40,524 bases of DNA from an uncultured Spirochaetaceae bacterium (GTDB taxonomy: Bacteria; Spirochaetota; Spirochaetia; DSM-27196; PWMO01): the NCBI GenBank assembly GCA_964402885.1, contig CAYOFA010000004.1:1-40524 (forward strand), read 5' to 3'. The position numbers were made by a program, and so were the translations under genes. This document shows, piece by piece, positions 24,477 to 31,118 of the stretch (position 1 is the first letter of the stretch; every line of letters begins with the position of its first letter). The notes beneath the pieces were generated by a model. The model had not been told where the DNA came from, did no database searches, and saw only the letters and a list, made by a program, of their open reading frames with translations.

Positions 24477-27400
24477 TCAGCGCACGTGAGCTCCCGTGGC
24501 GAAGCGCAGGTAGGGAACGATCATTTCGTTCTTCGGGCTTCCGGTCCCGTCGTAGGTTATCGGAACCACCGGTACACCGGTAATGCGGCGGATCTTCTCG
24601 CTCATCGCCTCGGTGACCAGCGAGGGGCAGCAGAACGCCGGACTCGCCTGTACGAAAAGCGAGAGGTCGGGATTCTCGTCGAGCAAGCGGAAGATCTTCA
24701 GAACGTTATCCAGCGATTCGCCGGCATGATCAATATCGAGCCCGAAGGCATCGAGTTTCTCTCCGACGGCGTCGTCCCGTGAAGAAATGCGGGGGCCTAC
24801 CCACTTCTCGAAGCGCTCGTAGTATCGCCGTTCGAGTAGCTCAATAACCGACAACAGCGTCCGATACATGGCCCAGTCCGCGTACTTCCCCTGGTGGCGC
24901 AGACGCCGAAAGTGCGCCGAGGCAATGATCTTCGTGTAGTCGGTATAGGGCGTAGTGACGACCTCGCCTCCGGACGCCTCGATCGTCCGAATGAGATCCT
25001 GGTTGAAGATGTCATTGTCGCGCACGTAGAGATCACCGAAAATCGCAACCTTCGGCTTCCGGCCTCCCGCCCGCGGAATGGCGTCGAACTGCGAGAGTGC
25101 CTCTTCGAGTCGCTCGTCGCGCCGCGCGTTGCCGAGAAAGGCATCCTCGAACAGCGAAACCGCCTGCGAAATCGCCTCGTCGGTTGCGCCCGGCACGATC
25201 TCGTACGGCCTGATCATGCATCCGATGCGACGCAGAAGTCCGCCGAAGAGGTAGGCGAAGTAGGCACCGAGTGTTGCCTGCGGGGAAATATCGACATAGG
25301 AGAAATCTCCGGCGAATACTGCAAGCTCGCCCGCGCCCTCTCGGGCCAGAAGCTGCTTGAGGAAGTGCGGATACATGGCAAGATTGCAGGCCCAGTCCGT
25401 GCGCGGCATCCACAATGCGGTCTCCTCGGGTTTGAGGCCATGTATCTCGAGGGCCTCGAGCGTCTCCTCGGCTATGACATTGAGCGGCACGCACTGTCCG
25501 GTGTTGAGCCGCATGCTTCGTCGGATGGTTTCCGGCGTTTCCGGCAGCACTCGGGCGTCGACTCCGTGGCGCACGAGATTCGCCGCGAGGAGCGGCGCGG
25601 TTATGGGATCCCAGGTCGGAAGCAGGAGCGTCCGGTCTCCGATATCCGTCGAGAGTGGCGCCGGATCCTCGGCCGGGGGAGCATGACCGTCTCCGCTCGG
25701 TGACGCAGCGGCCGGCTCCTCTGCTCGCGCCGCCGCGGCCGCGCGGACCCGGGTGCGATGGTGATTACGGAATGCCCGTATCCCGGCCTCGATCCGAGTC
25801 TGGTAGCCGACACTCGAGTCGTGCTCGTCCACCTGCAGTATCAGGTAGGGTTTGTCGTGCTGGTCCATGATCCGCGTGAAGAAATCGATGATTATGGAGT
25901 CCGGTGAACACTTGAAGGAGGTCACGAGCACCGGATAGAGCCCATCGGTGGTGGCGCAGCTGCGCGCCGTCTCGAGAATATCGCGGGCGTGGCGCCACGC
26001 GGTCTCATCGAGTATGGACTCGTACTCGGAGCCGGGGTACTCCGGCAGCATATCGTGATAAAAGGCCTGAACGCCCTGCTCGGCGATGACCCGCGGGATA
26101 TTCTTGTTCATGGCCGGGTCGAGCACGGTATATGGTCTGCCCGTGAGCACGACGGTGATGTCCTCCTCCGGCGGCACGCGCCGGCGATGGAACTCGGCGA
26201 CGAGCTCGGATCGGGCGCGCGCCAGGTGCTCGCGCGCCTCGGTCCATGCCGCCCGAACCCGGGCGGGTGTGACATCGGTGGAAACGGCGGAGAGTCTGTT
26301 CGCGAGCTCCTCGGCCACGCCTCGGGGTATGGCGCCGTTTCCGGCGCGGACTCGTTCCGTCGGTCCCACCGGACCGAGCGAGGGCGTAAGGAGTGCCGCA
26401 TTGTGCTCCTCGCCCACGGTGCTCCGCAACACCGGCCCGGCGAACTGCGTGTAGTAACAGTAGCCCTGGGACTCGGCGAGACCGACGTACATGGGGCAGA
26501 ACACGTAGTCGGCTTGTTCGAGGAGCTCGGCGACCTGACCGTGGAGATTCGCCATCGGCGCGCAGAACTCGGCCTGCTCGAGCTCCTTGCCCCGGGTGAA
26601 AGCGCCGCTGTGGGGCCGACCTTCGACGACCGGGATGCCGAGTCGGGAGAAGAAGGTTCGCCAGAAGGGCAGATCCGCTGTGAGGTGAAGGGCGTAGGGA
26701 AGGCCGACGGTCACGGGATTCTCGCGCGGTGCGGCGCCGGCAGTCTCCGTGTCGGCAAAGATGCGCCTGCGGGCAGCGAGCAGGTCGAATCCGGTGTCCT
26801 TCCGGGGCACGTAGTGGTCGGTGTCGTAGTCACGTCCGCAGAGAAAACCGAACGCAACCACCTCTTCACCGACCTCGGCCACGCGCAGCTTGCAATGGTT
26901 CGAGCAGAGCTCGCATCGCTCACTTCGCACGGGGATGTCGAGCTTATACACGTCGAGGCCCCTGAAGCGGCCGGCACCGCTGTGTTCCTCCGCGAGCACG
27001 AGTGCCACACCGATCGCACCGGTGACATGGCAGTAGCGGGAGACGAAGATGGGGCGCTCGAGCTTCTGTTGGAAGGACGCAACGAGGGCCGGGTTCTTCG
27101 CCGTCGCGCCCTGAAAGCAGACACGCGAGCCGATGGCGGCACCCGAGGCGACCTTCTGCAGGTAGTTTTCCCGCACCGAATGGAGCACGGCAGCGAGGAT
27201 CTCGGAGGTCTCGTACTCTTTGTTCAGATAGTGGTTTATGTCCCGCTCCATGAACACCGTGCACCGATCGCTGGCAAGGGGTGAGGGGGCTCCGGCTGCG
27301 CGCTCGGCATATTCGGAAAGCGGTACGCCGAGCTTTGCCGCCTGCTCCTCGATGAAGCTGCCGGTACCCGCCGCGCAGACGGAGTTCATCTGAGAGAAGG

Positions 27401-28745
27401 TAACCCGCCCGTTTCTCAAAGTCGTGAACTTGGCATCCTGCCCCCCGATTTCGATGATCGTGTCCACGTCCGGATCGAGTTCGACTGCGGCCCGGGCGTG
27501 TGCGGTTATCTCATCGAGGATGAGATCGGCCCCGAAAACCCCGCCGGCGAATGAGCGTCCCGATCCGGTCGTTCCGGCGGCAACGATATCGAACTCTGCT
27601 CCCTCTTCGGCCTCCACCTCACGCACGGTCCGGAACAGCGCACCGCAGGCCTCGAGTGGCCGTCCGGCGGTACGCGTGTAGAGAGCCATCAGCACCTCGC
27701 CGTCGGGCCGCAGCAGCACGGCCTTGGTACTCGTTGACCCGATGTCAATGCCGAGGTACGCGGGAATGCTCCCGGAAAGCGGCAGGTAGAGGTCCGTCTC
27801 GACCGGGTTCCCCTCACGTCCCTCGTGGGTACGTTCCGAACGGCGGTAGCTGTCGAAGTCGGGATAGTCCGGATCGAGCTCGAGCGGGGGAAAGTGATAG
27901 GAACGCTCGGGGCGCTCCGCGGCCAGAATCGTAGCCGGATCGACGTGGACGGGGTGTCCATCCTCGTACTCGTCCGTCCGCTCGGAGGCTTCCGAGGCGA
28001 GATACTCGAGCCCGGCGCCCACCGCCCCGTAGCTGTGGCTGAGCTCGTCCACGACCACGCGACGATCGAGCAACTGCGAAACGTATTCGACGACTTTGGC
28101 ATTGAGGGAGACCCCGCCGGCGAAAATCACCGGCTCGCCGATCGGTTCCCCGTCGGAAAGGGTGTCCACGAGATTGCGCGCAAGGCCGTAGCAGAGTCCG
28201 TCGCAGATCTCTTCGATCTCGAAGCCCTCCTGCTGTGCGTGAATGAGATCGGTCTTGGCAAACACCGAGCACCGGGATGCGATCGTCGGGCGACGGCCGG
28301 TGGCGGCTGCCGCCCGGGTGCTGAGCTCCGCGCTTCCCGAAAGCCCGAGCCGGCGTGCCTGCTCGTCGAGAAAGCTACCGGTCCCGGCCGCGCACGAGGT
28401 GTTGCCCCGCACACTGCGATAGCTTCCCTCGGCGTCGAAGCGGGCCAGGAAGAAGCGCTCCCCGCCGACGCTGATAACGGCACCTACCGCGGGATGAAGG
28501 TGTCGTGCTGCGTGGATGGTGCACACGGTGTCGTTGTAGCGGTGGTCGGTGCGAACAGACTCCGGGGTACCAGAGGTGCAGGCGACCGCCTCGACGGGAC
28601 CGTCGGAGACCTCGGACAGGAGTTCCTGAAGGCGGTTTCGCGGCTGTCCGTTGTGTTCGGCGTACCTGGTCTCGATCACCTCGCCGCGCCGATTGATGAG
28701 CGCAAGCGAAATCATGATCGATCCTACATCCAGACCGAGAATCAT
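24477..28745 (-). CDS. Giant fusion of two BcrAD/BadFG-type (2-hydroxyacyl-CoA dehydratase activase) ATPase domains plus a dehydratase-like/DUF2229-type C-terminal region
   Basis: Two acetate/sugar-kinase-fold ATPase modules: ILGLDVGS...SCAAGTGSFLDEQ, and LGIDIGSTSTK...IGGQDAKF...SVCAAGTGSFIEEQ. The cluster-bridging Cys lies in CAAGTGSF. Next come CELCSNHCKL and ~800 aa of HgdAB/BcrBC-like sequence, split by an Ala/Pro-rich linker (~nt 25638-25754). Confidence 0.85.
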   Translation of the reverse strand: MILGLDVGSIMISLALINRRGEVIETRYAEHNGQPRNRLQELLSEVSDGPVEAVACTSGTPESVRTDHRYNDTVCTIHAARHLHPAVGAVISVGGERFFLARFDAEGSYRSVRGNTSCAAGTGSFLDEQARRLGLSGSAELSTRAAAATGRRPTIASRCSVFAKTDLIHAQQEGFEIEEICDGLCYGLARNLVDTLSDGEPIGEPVIFAGGVSLNAKVVEYVSQLLDRRVVVDELSHSYGAVGAGLEYLASEASERTDEYEDGHPVHVDPATILAAERPERSYHFPPLELDPDYPDFDSYRRSERTHEGREGNPVETDLYLPLSGSIPAYLGIDIGSTSTKAVLLRPDGEVLMALYTRTAGRPLEACGALFRTVREVEAEEGAEFDIVAAGTTGSGRSFAGGVFGADLILDEITAHARAAVELDPDVDTIIEIGGQDAKFTTLRNGRVTFSQMNSVCAAGTGSFIEEQAAKLGVPLSEYAERAAGAPSPLASDRCTVFMERDINHYLNKEYETSEILAAVLHSVRENYLQKVASGAAIGSRVCFQGATAKNPALVASFQQKLERPIFVSRYCHVTGAIGVALVLAEEHSGAGRFRGLDVYKLDIPVRSERCELCSNHCKLRVAEVGEEVVAFGFLCGRDYDTDHYVPRKDTGFDLLAARRRIFADTETAGAAPRENPVTVGLPYALHLTADLPFWRTFFSRLGIPVVEGRPHSGAFTRGKELEQAEFCAPMANLHGQVAELLEQADYVFCPMYVGLAESQGYCYYTQFAGPVLRSTVGEEHNAALLTPSLGPVGPTERVRAGNGAIPRGVAEELANRLSAVSTDVTPARVRAAWTEAREHLARARSELVAEFHRRRVPPEEDITVVLTGRPYTVLDPAMNKNIPRVIAEQGVQAFYHDMLPEYPGSEYESILDETAWRHARDILETARSCATTDGLYPVLVTSFKCSPDSIIIDFFTRIMDQHDKPYLILQVDEHDSSVGYQTRIEAGIRAFRNHHRTRVRAAAAARAEEPAAASPSGDGHAPPAEDPAPLSTDIGDRTLLLPTWDPITAPLLAANLVRHGVDARVLPETPETIRRSMRLNTGQCVPLNVIAEETLEALEIHGLKPEETALWMPRTDWACNLAMYPHFLKQLLAREGAGELAVFAGDFSYVDISPQATLGAYFAYLFGGLLRRIGCMIRPYEIVPGATDEAISQAVSLFEDAFLGNARRDERLEEALSQFDAIPRAGGRKPKVAIFGDLYVRDNDIFNQDLIRTIEASGGEVVTTPYTDYTKIIASAHFRRLRHQGKYADWAMYRTLLSVIELLERRYYERFEKWVGPRISSRDDAVGEKLDAFGLDIDHAGESLDNVLKIFRLLDENPDLSLFVQASPAFCCPSLVTEAMSEKIRRITGVPVVPITYDGTGSPKNEMIVPYLRFATGAHVR

Positions 28746-28796
28746 ATGTTGTGTCCTTTGTTAAAGTATAGGGCCCGGGCCGACGCAGCATCAAGC

Positions 28797-28825
28797 TTGA
28801 CTACGTGGGGGACCGGCAGTATCGT
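28797..28825 (+). promoter_or_regulatory. Candidate sigma70-type promoter placed for a leaderless or near-leaderless transcript of the 28834 gene
   Basis: TTGACT (28797-28802), exact 17-nt spacer, TATCGT (28820-28825). The ATG at 28834 begins 8 nt after the -10 element and has no Shine-Dalgarno. Confidence 0.3.
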
Positions 28826-28833
28826 TACGCGCG

Positions 28834-29622
28834 ATGAGCGACAAGGCTCCGCTCCACATCTTCCATATCTCCCGCGAAGACGGAACGTCCCTCTTTCTTC
28901 ATCCCTTCCTCGATCGTGAGCGGGTCATGGAGCGCATGGAATCCCATCCGCTCGAGGGACTCTACGGCCGGGAACCGAGGGTGGAGGCTATTACCGGGTT
29001 CAGGAACGAGCTCTATCGCCTGATCGAGGAAGAGGTGCGGAACTGGATCGGAGAGTCACGTTTCATCCCCCGCTTTCTCATCGCTGCCGGTGTATTTCTG
29101 GTGGTGTACGTCGTTCTCTCACTCGCCGTTCGCGACCCGCTGCCCGTTGTTGACGAGATCGCGCTGGCGCTGGGCGCGGCACTGGCGGCGTTTCTGCTGC
29201 GTCGCCGATGGGATATGCGATCCGACGCGGCGCTTTCCAAGCGGATGAAGCTGCGGAGCAAAGTCGATGGGATCGTCTTCAGCGAATCGGAACTCGTGAA
29301 GCGGCTCGAGAACCTCCTCCATGAAGAGGAACGAGCTTCGGCGGAATCGATCGCGGCCCGCCTATCCGGCGATGAAGAGCCGGTGGTCAATCCCGGGGGG
29401 GAAGCGGAAGCGGAGGAAGTTCTTTCCTATCTGGGAGCTCGATTCGCCTCCCGCGAGTATCGCAGGCAGGAGAAACGCCTGCTTGCCGCCGAGCGCGGTG
29501 GACTGAAGGACCGGGACCTGGAAAATCTGCAGAGGTGGGCGCTGAACGGGAAGGTGGATTTCCCGCTGTTTGCGCTCTATGTGAGACTGAAACGTCATTT
29601 CGCGAAGCGTCCGACCGGCTGA
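28834..29622 (+). CDS. Hypothetical membrane protein (two central TM helices)
   Basis: 262-aa ORF with good GC3 bias. Two hydrophobic helices (FIPRFLIAAGVFLVVYVVLSLAV, VVDEIALALGAALAAFLL) are flanked by charged soluble segments. No family recognised. Confidence 0.55.
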   Translation: MSDKAPLHIFHISREDGTSLFLHPFLDRERVMERMESHPLEGLYGREPRVEAITGFRNELYRLIEEEVRNWIGESRFIPRFLIAAGVFLVVYVVLSLAVRDPLPVVDEIALALGAALAAFLLRRRWDMRSDAALSKRMKLRSKVDGIVFSESELVKRLENLLHEEERASAESIAARLSGDEEPVVNPGGEAEAEEVLSYLGARFASREYRRQEKRLLAAERGGLKDRDLENLQRWALNGKVDFPLFALYVRLKRHFAKRPTG

Positions 29623-29627
29623 GCGGA

Positions 29628-30914
29628 CTACTCGCCGCCGTTCCCGTCGGATTCGATCGAGCCCTCTTCCCCGAAGAACTCTTCCTCTTCTCCGAGTCGA
29701 ATGGACTCCATCTGTTGCTGCAGGGTCAGCATCTTCCGGGCACTTACCAGCGTCTCCTGGGCAGGCTCGAAGGTCGGGTCGATCTCGAGTGCCTGCCGAC
29801 ACAACGCTACCGTGCGCTCGATATTGCCGTTTGCGTAGGCTTCGAGAGACGTCAGGTAGAGATCTTCGACGCGCGCCTGCCGCTCGGCCCTGCCTCTGTC
29901 ACCCAGATCGAAGGAGGCCTGCACACTGAACCGGTCCACGCTTCCGACCTGCGTTGCCAGGTCGAGGGTGTAATTGAGCTGCAGGCTGACTGCGGGAAAG
30001 TCGATGCTGCTGCCCAGAGCAAAGCGGGGATTCCCCCCTCGCAGCTGGAATCCTGTCTGGGCGGCGAGAAAATTGGTGATCTGTACCGCCGCTCCTCCGG
30101 CATAGGAGGGAGGCTCGGCCGGGACGTCGGCGCCGATGACGAAGGGGTAGGTGTAGTCGAAGGCAAGCGTGAGCGGCTTCAGCGGCACGTAGGCAATGCC
30201 GCCGGTGGCGTGCGAGGGCAGCGGCTCCTCGAGCGCGGGCGGTCCCACGTTTCTGGCGACGAGGCCTACGGAAAAGTTCTTCTCGCGCGAGCGGTGGAAC
30301 TTCGCGAAGTTGAACCGCGTGAGCAGTCCGACATCGCCCATTACGCCGGCCGCCGATTGTCCGGGGGCGATGACCTCCGGAATGCGACGATAGGCGGTCT
30401 TGAGGTTTGCCCCGACTGCGATACCATGGAAGTCGAAGCTATGAAGGAAGTTGTAGGAAATGTTCAGACCGGCTATGGTCTCGGTATATCTGACGGCGTT
30501 CTCCTGAAGGCCGTACCTGTCGTATTCGGTGAAAGGAACGTGCAGGAACTTGGTACCTGCGCCGATACCGAGATGCTCGAAGCGAGTGGTGTAGACCAGT
30601 CCTTCCATATTCGCATCTGCAATCAGGTTGTTGTGGGCAATACCGATTTCGGTGCGCTGCAGGCGCGAGCTCGCCGCGGGGTTGGCTTCGAAGAAACTGT
30701 AGTCGCGCGCGACCGCGGTATAGGCGGACGCCATGCCCTCCATTTCGCCGCCGAGAGGAATCTGAAGGGTGGGAAAGGTCGTGAGGCCGGTGTTCTGCGG
30801 GTTGCTCAAATCGCCCGACTCGGCGAAGTCGTACATGAAGTCGGGCCAGCCGATGGCGTAGACGGGAGCGGAGAGAACCGCAGCTATGATGATTACCGAC
30901 GAGAACCGTTTCAT
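29628..30914 (-). CDS. Outer-membrane beta-barrel protein (FadL/UPF0164-like) with C-terminal TPR-like helical tail
   Basis: Signal peptide MKRFSSVIIIAAVLSAPVYA. Long run of alternating aromatic/small residues in beta-strand-like segments (GIGAGTKFLHVPF, LNISYNF, AVGANLKTAYR, LTLAFDYTYPF, SLQLNYTLDL, RFSVQASFDL). The last ~90 aa are helical (YANGNIERTVALCRQALEIDPTFEPAQETL) with an acidic end. Confidence 0.65.
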   Translation of the reverse strand: MKRFSSVIIIAAVLSAPVYAIGWPDFMYDFAESGDLSNPQNTGLTTFPTLQIPLGGEMEGMASAYTAVARDYSFFEANPAASSRLQRTEIGIAHNNLIADANMEGLVYTTRFEHLGIGAGTKFLHVPFTEYDRYGLQENAVRYTETIAGLNISYNFLHSFDFHGIAVGANLKTAYRRIPEVIAPGQSAAGVMGDVGLLTRFNFAKFHRSREKNFSVGLVARNVGPPALEEPLPSHATGGIAYVPLKPLTLAFDYTYPFVIGADVPAEPPSYAGGAAVQITNFLAAQTGFQLRGGNPRFALGSSIDFPAVSLQLNYTLDLATQVGSVDRFSVQASFDLGDRGRAERQARVEDLYLTSLEAYANGNIERTVALCRQALEIDPTFEPAQETLVSARKMLTLQQQMESIRLGEEEEFFGEEGSIESDGNGGE

Positions 30915-31118
30915 CTTCGTGATATATAATATCTCGTGGAGGGGATTGTTTCAATTTGCATATATTCCATGCATTTCAAATGTCGACACTGTCAGGCCGA
31001 ATCCGTAGCCTGTCGATACCCATTATAGGGTAGCTCGAGGAGGGGATTCCTGACGTACCCCCGGGTACCGACTCTACTGATCATTCTTCTCATACTGTAT
31101 TCATTCGTCGGGACAGCT

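Noticed and set aside
25989-28919. Plus-strand ORFs 25989..27284 (431 aa) and 27825..28919 (364 aa)
   Set aside because: They are antisense to the 1422-aa activase fusion, which carries duplicated ATPase motifs. No motifs are seen in the antisense products.
30969-31028. 19-codon Cys-containing mini-ORF (MHFKCRHCQAESVACRYPL) upstream of, and in frame with, the TPR gene
   Set aside because: There is no ribosome-binding site within a usable distance; the nearest GGAGG ends ~25 nt upstream. It is too short to evaluate. It is noted only as a possible uORF.
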